From IMG/VR virus record IMGVR_UViG_3300016665_000377, positions 1 through 42,604 of that record: DNA of 42,604 bases; one strand, given 5' to 3'. This DNA comes from a virus (Duplodnaviria > Caudoviricetes). The position numbers were made by a program, and so were the translations under genes. Of the stretch, positions 17,786 to 26,903 are shown one piece after another. Under the pieces are notes generated by a model. It was not told where the DNA came from and ran no database searches. It saw only the letters and a program-made list of their open reading frames with translations. Within the stretch, counting starts at the first letter, position 1. Each line of letters starts with the position of its first letter.

Positions 17786-19879
17786 TTATTTCACGTATCG
17801 CTTATCTTCCCATGCGGCCGCAGCAAGAGGCAACCCCTGCGCCCACCCAGGTACTTCTGACATCACTCGTCTAAGTTTATCTGCACAAGTTCCTGTGTGT
17901 TCTTCGCCGACCTCACACAACAACTCGTCATGCACTGTAAGCACGACCGGCATGCCGTTTTGTTCTGCGTTCAGCATGGATTCGGCCATCAGGTCGCGGG
18001 CTGCGGCCTGAACCACGTTATTACACTGCTTGCCGCCGTACAGAGTCTGCGGGCACCAGCGGTTCGTGACGCTGTCGAGGCCGTCGTACTCGACCTGGTA
18101 CTTGAACCCCTTCGGGATCTCGATGATGTCGCCGTCCTCGTCGATGTAGGTGTCGAACAGTTCCAGCTTCTTCAGCCGGGGCTTGGCATAGGCCAGCACG
18201 CGGCCTGACGGCAGGCGGCAGAACAGGAACCCGTTGGCCGCCAAGTAGGTCACCTTGCCGTCCAGCACGACGATCTTCTCGCCGGGATCGCCCACGGCGG
18301 CGATGGCGGCGTCCTGCAGCGCCCACCAGCTTTGCGTGATCTTCGGGTTGGCGCTGCGCCACGCCGCCTTCAGTTCGTCCGCCCGCTCGTCCGAGACGTG
18401 AACGCCGTAGTTGGCGCCCATCTTCTGGAAGGCGTGCTTTCCGCCCTGATAGCCCAAGGCCAGTTCCATCACCTTGCCGACCTGCCTGTCCGACTTGCCC
18501 ACCTTCTCGATGGGCACGCCGAACGAACGGGCGAAGGCGAGGTTGTAAAGGTCGGGCCCCTTCCTGATCTCCTTGCCCTTGGCATCGACGCCGATGATGG
18601 TGTCGTAATCGCGGAAGGCGTCGAGCTTCCACTCCTCACCGGCGAACCAAGCGTTCAGGCGGCCCTCGATGTTGGAGAAGTCGCCGCCCGCGAAACGGCG
18701 CCCAGGGGCCGCAAGGAGCATCGCCCGCAGGCATTTCGAGAGCGTGCCAAGAGGATCACCCGTCAGCACGTCGAGGGCCTCCACGATCTCCTCTGGCGCT
18801 TCGTTGCGCTCCAGCATGGCCACCACGAAGTCCACGTCCGCGCCGTCCTTCTCGTGGTCGAGGCGGGGCAGGTTCTGGGGCTGGAACAGGCGGCCCGCCC
18901 ACCGGCCCGAATGGGCGGCGTGATAGGCGAGCGTGCCCCTGACGCGGCCATCGGCGCAGGCCGACCGGGTCATGGCGACATACTTGTCGTTGGAGGTCTT
19001 AGCTGCCGCGCGCCGCAGCCGGATCACCGTCTCGGCATCGGCGTCACCTACGACGGTTGACTTTAAAATCAACTCCTCCATGTCGCCCTTCTGCATGCTG
19101 GTGCAGGGCACGCCGCGCTTGTTCAGCCACGCGACGATCTTGGCGATCTCGGAGGTCTTCTTCACGTCACCGCCGGTCACGTACCAGATGCGGTCGTTGG
19201 CGCGCTTGCGGGCATACTCGACCGCGCGCTCCGCGGCCTCGCAGGCCGTGACATCGACAGCCACACCGCGTTCGTTGACCGTTTGGTCAAGAATCCAGAG
19301 CCTGCGCTCTGCCGGCGAGAGGGGCGGCAGGATCAGGTCGATCTCCGATTCGGCGCGGATGTCCTGATCGCAATACTGCTGGAGGCGCTCGATCTTTTCG
19401 GGCTCCTCCCACCAAATGATGGTGCCGTCCTCGCGTACCTGCCGCGGCCGACACATCTGCATCATCAGCCGGTGGCCATCCTTGTCCTTCGTGACCTTGG
19501 CGCCCAGCGCATGGCCGAGCAGGTCGAGGGAGGCGGGAAGGCCGAGCGCCAGCGCGCGAGCCATCGTGCAGTCGGTCTGCTCGATCTTGATCTCGGGCCA
19601 GTGTGGATGATCGCGCCGCACGACCTTGTTCCAGATGGTGCGGTCGAAGGCGACATTGTGCGCGACCATGCGGCCACCATCGGCCACGAAGTCGAGAAGC
19701 TCCTGCGGGTCGGGATCACCCGGCCGCCACCGCTTTACGGGGAGCAACGGATTGCTCGACCCGATCTGGTAGGACAGGCACCAGACGCCTGTCGATGCGT
19801 GTTCGGCGTAGCGGTGGACGCCCGCTTTCGCGAGGTCCACCGCAGACCGGGTTTCGAAGTCGAAGTGCGCAACGAGCAT
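17786..19879 (-). CDS. DNA polymerase family A (phage type)
   Basis: 3'-5' exo 'DFETRS','AHNVAFD','YCDQD'; pol motifs 'DFSNIEGR','RQVGKVMELALGY','TVHDE'. Confidence 0.95.
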   Translation of the reverse strand: MLVAHFDFETRSAVDLAKAGVHRYAEHASTGVWCLSYQIGSSNPLLPVKRWRPGDPDPQELLDFVADGGRMVAHNVAFDRTIWNKVVRRDHPHWPEIKIEQTDCTMARALALGLPASLDLLGHALGAKVTKDKDGHRLMMQMCRPRQVREDGTIIWWEEPEKIERLQQYCDQDIRAESEIDLILPPLSPAERRLWILDQTVNERGVAVDVTACEAAERAVEYARKRANDRIWYVTGGDVKKTSEIAKIVAWLNKRGVPCTSMQKGDMEELILKSTVVGDADAETVIRLRRAAAKTSNDKYVAMTRSACADGRVRGTLAYHAAHSGRWAGRLFQPQNLPRLDHEKDGADVDFVVAMLERNEAPEEIVEALDVLTGDPLGTLSKCLRAMLLAAPGRRFAGGDFSNIEGRLNAWFAGEEWKLDAFRDYDTIIGVDAKGKEIRKGPDLYNLAFARSFGVPIEKVGKSDRQVGKVMELALGYQGGKHAFQKMGANYGVHVSDERADELKAAWRSANPKITQSWWALQDAAIAAVGDPGEKIVVLDGKVTYLAANGFLFCRLPSGRVLAYAKPRLKKLELFDTYIDEDGDIIEIPKGFKYQVEYDGLDSVTNRWCPQTLYGGKQCNNVVQAAARDLMAESMLNAEQNGMPVVLTVHDELLCEVGEEHTGTCADKLRRVMSEVPGWAQGLPLAAAAWEDKRYVK

Positions 19880-20592
19880 CAGAACAAGCTGGACGGCTGG
19901 ATGTCTTGGCTGATGTTCACGCCGCCAAAGGCCGTGCGCGGATCGACGCTCGACGTGCCCTGGAACTCGTTGTCATCCGCGACCTTCAGCATCTGCTGCA
20001 GGCCCGCGAAGACGCCGGGGTTCTGGGCGTTGGTCGAGGCGTAGAAGTTGATCACCGCGATCACCCAGCAGCCGCTGTAGAACTCGCGCTCGATCTCCTT
20101 CTCGCCGCCCACGAACACGGTCGGGATGCCGTTGACGATGGGCGGCACGAAGAGCTGCACCGGGCGGTTCGACGTGGGGGCCATGAAGACCGAACCCGGC
20201 ACATAGCCCGACGTGGACTGTCCCTTCGGATTGCGTCCGCCCTGCGCCGGCGCGACACGGTCGGCCTGATCGCGGAACGGATCTTTCATGCCCATGCCCT
20301 GCGGGTTGTTCGGGAACTTCTCCGCAAGGACGCGAGCCCTGGCCTGACGGGCGGCATTGAGATCCGCGTTCGGCAGGAACAGCAGGTTGGCGCCGTACTT
20401 GCCCTCCTTCGACGGATCGAGGTTGTTCTTGCCCGGGCGCGCAAGGTTCGCAAAGGACAGTCTGGCCACGGGCAGGCGCACGTTGCCGTTCGGGCGGCCC
20501 GCCGCATCCTTGAACTCCATGCAAGGGTTCGCAGCGCCAAGCTGCGTCAGGAACTCAGGGGAGAGGCGGGTCTTCATCATCTGGATATTCAT
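19879..20592 (-). CDS. Single-stranded DNA-binding protein (DUF2815-like)
   Basis: 'RLSFANL','EFYSGCW','GVFAGLQQMLKVADD'; lies between nuclease and polA. Confidence 0.8.
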   Translation of the reverse strand: MNIQMMKTRLSPEFLTQLGAANPCMEFKDAAGRPNGNVRLPVARLSFANLARPGKNNLDPSKEGKYGANLLFLPNADLNAARQARARVLAEKFPNNPQGMGMKDPFRDQADRVAPAQGGRNPKGQSTSGYVPGSVFMAPTSNRPVQLFVPPIVNGIPTVFVGGEKEIEREFYSGCWVIAVINFYASTNAQNPGVFAGLQQMLKVADDNEFQGTSSVDPRTAFGGVNISQDIQPSSLF

Positions 20593-20605
20593 CGCTGTAG
20601 TTTCC

Positions 20606-21934
20606 TTAGAGGTTGGAGGGGAGCTGCACGGTGCCGAGGGTGTTGGCCACCGGGGGCGGCACCGCTTGCCCCTTGTGGCTCTCGGGCACGAGGTTCACGC
20701 CCGAGGATTCTTTCGTGGTGAAGCGGAAGCGCAGATCGTCCTTGGCCGCCTTCAGTGCGCCCTTGTCCTTGATCTGCTCACCGAGGAGCTTCTCGGCCTC
20801 GCCAATCGTGACGAGCTTCGGCGGCATGACCATCGCGGGTTCGATGCCGTAGGTGAGGCTGAGATACGCGGCGATCTCATCCTCCGTACCCTGCCACTTC
20901 GCCCGCGCGACCTTTGCCACGAGCTTGTAGCCGGGGATCTGCGTGCCGCCTTCCGCCAGACCGAAGGCGTAATCGCGCACCTGTCCCATCCAGTGGTCGA
21001 GCAGTTCGAAGGCGTGCAGCAGCTTGCCGAGGCGCTCCAGACTGAACAGTTCTGGCTTTTCGAGGGGCGAAGGCATCAGGTCGGTCGTGACGAGTGCCAC
21101 GTCCTTGAACTGCAGCGCGCCGTTGGCGACGATCTGCTGCTGGCGCGCAGGGCACGCAGCCGCCGCGTCACACCACTTGCACCACGCACCGGGCGCCAGG
21201 TTCTCCGCGATCCACGAGTTCCAATCGGATTCCGTGGTGAGGTGCGGGAAGAGGCGCGCTGCGGCTTCCGCCTTGGCGACGGCGCGGTCAGTGTCCTCAA
21301 CGAAGTCCAGCAGTTCCGGCACAGACCAGACCCACCGCTTCACCGCGCCCTTCTCCTCCGCATCGCGGGAGTTGGGCTGCACGATGAAGATCTCGATCTC
21401 CGACAGTGGCCACTCGGCGGACAGCGCAGCACCGGCCGCGTAGAACTTGGCCTGCTCGTTGTCCTCCGCATCGACCGGCTGGAACCCGTGCTTGTAGTCG
21501 AACACGGCCAGCCGGCGGCGCGATGCGCTATAAATCATAGCATCGTTGTGACCGAACACGACACCCGATGGCACACTTGCTACATCGAGGACAAACCTCT
21601 GCTCGACATACAGGTCGGCATCGGGGCTGGCGTCGATCTCCTCCCAGACCGCTTCCAGGTACACATCCACGGCCTCGCAGATGTCGCCGGTCAGTTCGAC
21701 CTTCTTGCCGTTGGTGTCGAACCACGGGTGGTTATCGGGCATCAACGGCCACGAGGAGCGCATCTTCTGGCGCAGGCAGTACTCGCCAACCATGTGGGCA
21801 AAAGTGCCGCGCTGCGCATGCTCAGACGATGGCAGCTTTGGAACGCTGTCGATCAACGCCACGCTGCCGGGGCATTCGCCCCAACGCTTGCGTTTCGAAC
21901 CGCCGTAGCGGCTGTGCTGCAGGTCGTCGCTCAT
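20606..21934 (-). CDS. Cas4-like PD-(D/E)xK nuclease (DUF2800-like)
   Basis: 'HSRYGGS..KRW..CPGS','GTFAH','FGHND','DYKHG','QAKFYAAG','WCKWC.....CP'. Confidence 0.85.
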   Translation of the reverse strand: MSDDLQHSRYGGSKRKRWGECPGSVALIDSVPKLPSSEHAQRGTFAHMVGEYCLRQKMRSSWPLMPDNHPWFDTNGKKVELTGDICEAVDVYLEAVWEEIDASPDADLYVEQRFVLDVASVPSGVVFGHNDAMIYSASRRRLAVFDYKHGFQPVDAEDNEQAKFYAAGAALSAEWPLSEIEIFIVQPNSRDAEEKGAVKRWVWSVPELLDFVEDTDRAVAKAEAAARLFPHLTTESDWNSWIAENLAPGAWCKWCDAAAACPARQQQIVANGALQFKDVALVTTDLMPSPLEKPELFSLERLGKLLHAFELLDHWMGQVRDYAFGLAEGGTQIPGYKLVAKVARAKWQGTEDEIAAYLSLTYGIEPAMVMPPKLVTIGEAEKLLGEQIKDKGALKAAKDDLRFRFTTKESSGVNLVPESHKGQAVPPPVANTLGTVQLPSNL

Positions 21935-22146
21935 GTGTCCCTCCACACCCGCCAATAGGTGTCCAGCTTGCGAGTGGTGAAATGACGGCCGGTTTCCTGA
22001 TGGATCTTCACGATCATCACCCGAACCGTCTCGTTGCGTTCGTGGGGAAAGGTGAAACTGTCTCCCACCTCCAACCGCATCAGGGCGTCTTTGAGCCCCG
22101 TGCGGAGAGGGGGTATCGGCACCCCCTTCTCAATCTTGTATTCCAT
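21931..22146 (-). CDS. Small putative DNA-binding protein
   Basis: 'KIEKGVPIP...LEVGDSF...RVWR' conserved small phage protein pattern. Confidence 0.7.
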   Translation of the reverse strand: MEYKIEKGVPIPPLRTGLKDALMRLEVGDSFTFPHERNETVRVMIVKIHQETGRHFTTRKLDTYWRVWRDT

Positions 22147-22147
22147 G

Positions 22148-22705
22148 TCAGGTGGCCAGTTCGGCGTTGATGGCAGCGAGCGCCGCGCCGTACTTGTCGG
22201 GCGGCGTCGAGGACAGCGAGCCAAAGCCCACGGACTTCTTCAGCGTTTCCTGCGCGACCTTGGCCGACTTCTTCTCCATCAGCTTGGTCAGCGCCGCCTT
22301 GAGATCTTCGTAGGTAACGGCCGCGCCGTCAGAAGGGGCCTGTGCCGCAGGCGCAGTCGTCCCAGTAGCCGCCGCAGCCGGGGCAGGGGTGGGCGATGTC
22401 GTGGCGGGCGCGGAGGTCTGCTCGCCACTGGTGGTCGCAATAGCCGCAGTGGTGGCGGACTCGGCGGGCGTCTCGGTCTGTGACACGTCCGCAGCCGGGG
22501 CAGGCGACCCAGACAAAGGGGTGTCCTTCGACTTCCTGCCGCGCTTGGCGACTTCTGCGACGGGCGCAGCTTCAGGCATCGCAATCTCGCCCGAATAGAC
22601 CGCGTTGGCCACCGGGCTCGTGCCGGAAAGCCCCGCGAGGCGGTTCGAGATCGACGCCAACTCGTGAACGTCTTCACAATCAATATGCAGTGTGTACTTA
22701 GCCAT
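22148..22705 (-). CDS. Replication-module protein with Ala/Pro/Thr linker
   Basis: RBS GAGGG; low-complexity middle and helical C-terminal domain; usual position upstream of DUF2800. Confidence 0.7.
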   Translation of the reverse strand: MAKYTLHIDCEDVHELASISNRLAGLSGTSPVANAVYSGEIAMPEAAPVAEVAKRGRKSKDTPLSGSPAPAADVSQTETPAESATTAAIATTSGEQTSAPATTSPTPAPAAAATGTTAPAAQAPSDGAAVTYEDLKAALTKLMEKKSAKVAQETLKKSVGFGSLSSTPPDKYGAALAAINAELAT

Positions 22706-22721
22706 GTTTCCCTCTGGTTGA

Positions 22722-22772
22722 TAGCGTGATAGCTACAGTTCGCGTTCTATGCGGTCGGTGTAGCAAAGTCAA
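22722..22772 (-). promoter_or_regulatory. Sigma70-like promoter of the replication operon with operator
   Basis: Minus strand TTGACT (22772-22767), 17 nt, TAGAAC (22749-22744); TAGC-gtgata-GCTA at 22722-22735 just downstream. Confidence 0.65.
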
Positions 22773-24084
22773 TACCTAGTTGCGCGATGTTTGCAGTCTT
22801 TCGCGCTACAGTATCCGTCACCACTTCATCGATGCTGTCGATCAGCGAGATGAAGCGGGCCCGAACATTGCGGCTCTGGCCGATGCGATGCACGCGCATC
22901 AGCGCCTGGGCATTCTCGGCAGGTGACCACGAGCTTTCGAACATATCGATGCTGGCGCTGGCCGTCAGGGTAAGGCCGGTGCCGGCTGCACGAATGTTGC
23001 CGATGAACACGCGCGTGTCAGCATCGTTCTGGAAGCTTTCCACGGCCAGCGTGCGCTGTGTCTCGGACGTGTCGCCGTCGATCATCACGCAATTGAACCC
23101 GCGGGCCTCCAGCCCGGTGCGGATCATCCGCAGGGCCTGCCGGTGCGCTCCCATGATGACCAGCTTGTCGAGGCCGCCGGCAAGCTCCTCTGCCACCAGT
23201 TCGATGTAGGCGGGCGCCTTGGCCTCCCCCACCAGACGGCGCAGGGTGGCGATGTGCTGGGCGTCGAGGAAGGACAGGCCGCCCTGTTCGATGGCCTCAA
23301 GGATGGCCGCCTCCAGCCCCGGCCACTCGCGCAGCAGGTTGACGATCTCGGCCGCGTCACCGTCCACCGTGGCGGTCGTCAGCCAGACCGGCGGAAGCTG
23401 GATGCCGATGTCAGCTTTTGTGCGGCGCAGCGAAACGCTTTCGATCAGGGCCCGGAGTTCCGGCGCCAGTTCCTTCTTGACCTCCTGCCGGGAGGAGAAG
23501 GTGCCCATCATGCTGTGGAAGTAGCGCCGGGTGAAGGCCGCGTGCGTGAGTTGCGTGGCCCCGGTGAAACGCATGAAGGACCAGATGTCGGTCGGGTCAT
23601 TCGGGATCGGGGTACCCGTAAGGAACCACGTCTGGGCGGCCTTGTGCGCCAACCCCTTGTGGCCATCGCAGTGGGCGCCCAGGATCTTCTTCGTGCGCTG
23701 CGCGTCGGGGCTCTTCAGGTAGTGGGCCTCATCGAGGACCAGCACGTCGAAGATGTCATCGATGAAGTGACCCCACTTCGCGGCCTTCTCGTAGCTCGTG
23801 ACGTAGATCTCACAGACGCTCTTTTGCGACCACTGCTTCAGGTTATAGACATCCTTGTCGAACAGCACGCGCAACTCGCGCTGGCTGAACTTGCGGATCT
23901 CGCCCAGCCACACCTGCTTCACGGCCGCGGGGCAGACGATCATCACCTTCGACGCGCCGAGCCGGTCGATGGCGCCAATGGTGGTGGCCGTCTTGCCCGT
24001 GCCCATCTCGTCGAACAGGCCGGCGCGCTCGCGATCCGACAGGAACTCCGCGCCGGTGATTTGGTGAGGAAGGAGGGGCTTCAT
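22747..24084 (-). CDS. SNF2-family (DEAH) helicase
   Basis: 'DEMGTGKT','DEAHYLK','LTGTP','GTGLTLT','QALMRVHRIGQ'. ATG 24084 overlaps the upstream stop. Confidence 0.92.
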   Translation of the reverse strand: MKPLLPHQITGAEFLSDRERAGLFDEMGTGKTATTIGAIDRLGASKVMIVCPAAVKQVWLGEIRKFSQRELRVLFDKDVYNLKQWSQKSVCEIYVTSYEKAAKWGHFIDDIFDVLVLDEAHYLKSPDAQRTKKILGAHCDGHKGLAHKAAQTWFLTGTPIPNDPTDIWSFMRFTGATQLTHAAFTRRYFHSMMGTFSSRQEVKKELAPELRALIESVSLRRTKADIGIQLPPVWLTTATVDGDAAEIVNLLREWPGLEAAILEAIEQGGLSFLDAQHIATLRRLVGEAKAPAYIELVAEELAGGLDKLVIMGAHRQALRMIRTGLEARGFNCVMIDGDTSETQRTLAVESFQNDADTRVFIGNIRAAGTGLTLTASASIDMFESSWSPAENAQALMRVHRIGQSRNVRARFISLIDSIDEVVTDTVARKTANIAQLGIDFATPTA

Positions 24085-24500
24085 TCCTGCACCATCACAA
24101 CGTCCGCCTCCAGCAGCATCCAGCGCGCCGCTTCGAACTCCTCCGCAGGCATCGATGTCGTGCCCCTTCCGTGGACGATCTGCTTCACGCCCGCCTGAAT
24201 GAGCGTGCGCGCGCAGGAAGCGCAGGGGGCGTGCGTGACATAGACTGTGCATCCCGCAGTCCTGATCCCCTCCCTGGCCGCGAAGGCCACGAGGTTGGCC
24301 TCCGCGTGGCTCGCGTAGAGATACTTGGCAGGGCGCTCGCGGCGCTCAGGGGTGTCGAGCACGCCGCGCGGCGGGCCGTTGTAGCCGGTGAGGCGGACCT
24401 CGCCATCGGGGCCGACAAGAATCGCGCCGACCTTCGTTGTGTCCTTCGACTTCTGCGCCGCCCAGTGCGCGAAGCCCATGTAGTAGGCAGTCCAGTTCAA
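24081..24500 (-). CDS. dCMP deaminase
   Basis: 'HAEAN' and 'PCASC' zinc motifs, 'GYNGPP'; TTG start at 24500 after GGAGGG. Confidence 0.9.
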   Translation of the reverse strand: MNWTAYYMGFAHWAAQKSKDTTKVGAILVGPDGEVRLTGYNGPPRGVLDTPERRERPAKYLYASHAEANLVAFAAREGIRTAGCTVYVTHAPCASCARTLIQAGVKQIVHGRGTTSMPAEEFEAARWMLLEADVVMVQE

Positions 24501-24736
24501 TCGTCCCTCCTGTGAACGGGTTTCAGTTCCATGCCCAGCACGTTGAAGCATGCCTCCAGGTCACCCACGCGCGGGTTGTGTTTCTTGCACCAGCCTTGAA
24601 AGGTGTTTCGCGCAATGCCCGCTCTCTCGGCCACGTCGAACAGGCCGATGCGCTGGTAATTCATCTGCACGAAAAGCTCTTGCACCAGCGGGTGCGCGTG
24701 CTGCGGGATCTTGAGCGTGCGAAAGCGGCGCATCAT
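24497..24736 (-). CDS. XRE-type HTH protein, paralog 2
   Basis: 'DVAERAGIARNTFQGW...P....LEACFNVLGMEL'; ATGA overlap. Confidence 0.8.
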   Translation of the reverse strand: MMRRFRTLKIPQHAHPLVQELFVQMNYQRIGLFDVAERAGIARNTFQGWCKKHNPRVGDLEACFNVLGMELKPVHRRDD

Positions 24737-24969
24737 TCCCTTCCCCGGTTCTTCGCGGTCAGTTCCAGACCGACCACGTTGAGGCACGCCTCGATGTTCG
24801 TGACATTCGGGTTGCGCTGCGTGCGCCACGCGATGATGGTTTTCGCTGCCACGCCGGAACGCTCCGCTAGATCCTCGACGCGGATGCGGTGGTGGTTCAT
24901 GGCCTCCCATAGTTTCTGCACGAGAGGGTGCGCTTTCCGGGGAATCGAGAGGGGGCGGAAGTCACGCAT
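24733..24969 (-). CDS. XRE-type HTH protein, paralog 1
   Basis: 'DLAERSGVAAKTIIAW...P....IEACLNVVGLEL'. Confidence 0.8.
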   Translation of the reverse strand: MRDFRPLSIPRKAHPLVQKLWEAMNHHRIRVEDLAERSGVAAKTIIAWRTQRNPNVTNIEACLNVVGLELTAKNRGRE

Positions 24970-26278
24970 CCGCGTACTCCATGAAGGCTGAAATCACTTC
25001 TGCCGCGACTTGCGGGACGATGGCGTTGCCGTAGGCGCGCAGTCGTCCCACGCGGGCGGGAGCCCCATGAGCCAGCGGGAATGTGCCGGGCTCAACTGGC
25101 CGCCACTTTCCATCCCGGCAGAAGAGCCAGTCCGCAGCTCGCCAGTGGCCGTTAGTCGGGCAGGGCCGGTCATCGCCGCGATCTGCGTCAGGCTGGTGCC
25201 TGTCATCTTCGGCGTGATCCCTGTGCCTGCTCGCTCTCCGTCCGTGGCTGAGGCTGTTGGCCACCCCGTGATCTGCGCCGTCACGTCCAGCCTGTCCGTC
25301 GAAAGCCGGCCGTCCCTCATCCGGCCCCCCTGATACCCACCCTTGTGATCCGTCTGAGCGGGTGTCGGCCAGCCCGCCATCTGCGCCGCTCCGTGCATCA
25401 GCAGTTCGTCTTTCCGGTCGCCACCCCGGCTCGACTGCCCGCCCGTCATCGTGTTCGGCGTTGGCCAGCCCGTCAGAGCCGCCGCGTCCGCAGGATTCAG
25501 GCCGGGGTTCATGCCGCGCCGGATCTTCGCTTCCCGGTCTTCCCCCGTCCCGTTGTTCGTGCAGTTCGGTGTCGGCCATCCCGCCACCGCTGCCGCCGCT
25601 GGCAGACGATCCGTCCCTTGCGAAGGGCCCCCGTTCGGCCCGTCCTGCGAGCAGGGGGTTGGCCACCCGGTCAGGTCCGCTTCCCGCACCAGGCACGCGC
25701 ATCCGTGCTTCGTCCCGTGCTTCTCCTTCTGCCCTTGCGAGCGCCCCGAGGTGTCGTGCGCCTGTGGCGTCGTCCAACCTTTCTCCAACAAACCAGAGAC
25801 GCTGACGGATGTGCGGTGCGCCGAGGCCCGCAGCGCACAGATCTGCCGCCCCGATGGCGTAGCCCTCTCTTTCCATGTCAGCGCATACAGTGTCGAGCCA
25901 CTGGAGGCCGTCCTTGCTTGCAACCTGTTCGCCAAAAACGACTGCAGGGCGACACTCGCGGATGAGCCTATGGAACTCAGGCCAGAGGTGCCTTTCGTCT
26001 TCCTCGCCCTGCCTCTTCCCCGCGGCGCTGAAGGGCTGGCAGGGGCAGCTTCCGGTCCAGACGGGACGGGTGTCTGGCCACCCCGCAAGTCTGAGGGCAT
26101 GGCTCCAGACGCCGATCCCGGCGAAGAAGTGGCACTGGGTGAAGCCTCTGAGATCGTCGGGCTGAACTTCGGTAATGGATCGGTCATCAACTTCCCCCTC
26201 TGCGATGTGACCCATCAGGATCAAACGGCGCAGCCACTCGGCTGCATACGGATCGAACTCGTTGTAGTAGGCGGCCAT
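24962..26278 (-). CDS. C5 cytosine DNA methyltransferase, alpha polypeptide (motifs I-VIII and X)
   Basis: FFAGIG (I), GSCPCQPFS (IV), EQV (VI), HIRQRLWFV (VIII), RLRAYGNAIVPQVA (X). ATG 26278 overlaps the upstream TAA. Confidence 0.9.
   Translation of the reverse strand: MAAYYNEFDPYAAEWLRRLILMGHIAEGEVDDRSITEVQPDDLRGFTQCHFFAGIGVWSHALRLAGWPDTRPVWTGSCPCQPFSAAGKRQGEEDERHLWPEFHRLIRECRPAVVFGEQVASKDGLQWLDTVCADMEREGYAIGAADLCAAGLGAPHIRQRLWFVGERLDDATGARHLGALARAEGEARDEARMRVPGAGSGPDRVANPLLAGRAERGPFARDGSSASGGSGGGMADTELHEQRDGGRPGSEDPARHEPRPESCGRGGSDGLANAEHDDGRAVEPGWRPERRTADARSGADGGLADTRSDGSQGWVSGGPDEGRPAFDGQAGRDGADHGVANSLSHGRRASRHRDHAEDDRHQPDADRGDDRPCPTNGHWRAADWLFCRDGKWRPVEPGTFPLAHGAPARVGRLRAYGNAIVPQVAAEVISAFMEYADA
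24994..26100 (-). CDS. Nested alternative-frame beta polypeptide of the methyltransferase (six GWPTP repeats and motif IX)
   Basis: Open frame 24994..26190 inside the MTase; ends in 'QLSPAHSRWLMGLP', which resembles motif IX missing from the main frame. Likely start ATG 26100 after GGAG (26190 possible). Confidence 0.75.
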   Translation of the reverse strand: MPSDLRGGQTPVPSGPEAAPASPSAPRGRGRARKTKGTSGLSSIGSSASVALQSFLANRLQARTASSGSTLYALTWKERATPSGRQICALRASAHRTSVSVSGLLEKGWTTPQAHDTSGRSQGQKEKHGTKHGCACLVREADLTGWPTPCSQDGPNGGPSQGTDRLPAAAAVAGWPTPNCTNNGTGEDREAKIRRGMNPGLNPADAAALTGWPTPNTMTGGQSSRGGDRKDELLMHGAAQMAGWPTPAQTDHKGGYQGGRMRDGRLSTDRLDVTAQITGWPTASATDGERAGTGITPKMTGTSLTQIAAMTGPARLTATGELRTGSSAGMESGGQLSPAHSRWLMGLPPAWDDCAPTATPSSRKSRQK

Positions 26279-26577
26279 TAGCGCACCGCCCCGTTCAAGG
26301 CGGCGACGATCTTGTTCGCCGTCTGCACGCACCAGCAGATGGCGATGCTCCGCGTGCGCCAAGTGGAATAGCCATCGGCAGGAAGACGGCGGTCGAGGAT
26401 GGCAATGCCGCCTCCATCCTCGTCGCTGAAAAACTCCCAATGGAAGCGATCTAGTGCGGTAACTGGTGCAGGATCATCCTCGGTGGCCGGCGAATCCCGC
26501 AGGATTCCGCCATTCTCCAAGACCTCAGAAGACTCGTGATGCGCGAGATACTTCTCTGTAAGTGATTGAAATGACAT
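26278..26577 (-). CDS. Hypothetical protein
   Basis: 99 aa; TAATG coupling to the MTase start. Confidence 0.6.
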   Translation of the reverse strand: MSFQSLTEKYLAHHESSEVLENGGILRDSPATEDDPAPVTALDRFHWEFFSDEDGGGIAILDRRLPADGYSTWRTRSIAICWCVQTANKIVAALNGAVR

Positions 26578-26592
26578 GATAGTTTTTACCGT

Positions 26593-26903
26593 CTATGCTG
26601 TGTTTGTTCGCTTTTGTTCACGGTTATCTGGTGCGGATGTGGTGCGCGTTCTTCCTCCCCGGGCCAACGCCTCTGCCGCCCCTGCCTGATGTTCTGGATG
26701 GTGGTGGCCGTATGTGCCCAGCAGCGTCTTGACCGTCATGCCGAGAAGGCCAGCGGCCTTCCACGGATCTTCGCCCTCCTGCATGAGCCATGTCGCGGCG
26801 GTGTGGCGCAGGACGTGAGGCGTGACCCCCTTGAGGCCCGCCTCCTCCGCGCAGATCACGAACCCTTGGTAGATGTGCCTGAGACGTTTCCCTCGAAATT
26901 CGA
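26593..26903 (-). pseudogene. C-terminal fragment of a tyrosine integrase
   Basis: 'VTPHVLRHTAATWLMQ...AAGLLG......TYGH' has HxxR and the catalytic Tyr; no N-terminal domains or first Arg box present. Confidence 0.85.

Noticed and set aside
20606-21934. CRISPR-Cas system suggested by the Cas4-like nuclease
   Set aside because: Normal phage replication-module nuclease; no repeat-spacer array or other cas genes.
16296-24198. Long plus-strand ORFs opposite the replication genes
   Set aside because: Antisense shadows; the minus-strand genes have clear family motifs.
25165-25780. GWPTP array as a CRISPR-like DNA repeat
   Set aside because: Units are conserved at protein level with synonymous variation and ~85-115 bp spacing; treated as protein modules.
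26540-26600. attP remnant (TAAGTGATTGAAAT) after the integrase fragment
   Set aside because: Resembles motifs near att sites, but it lies in the 26278-26577 ORF and no tRNA-like core is visible.
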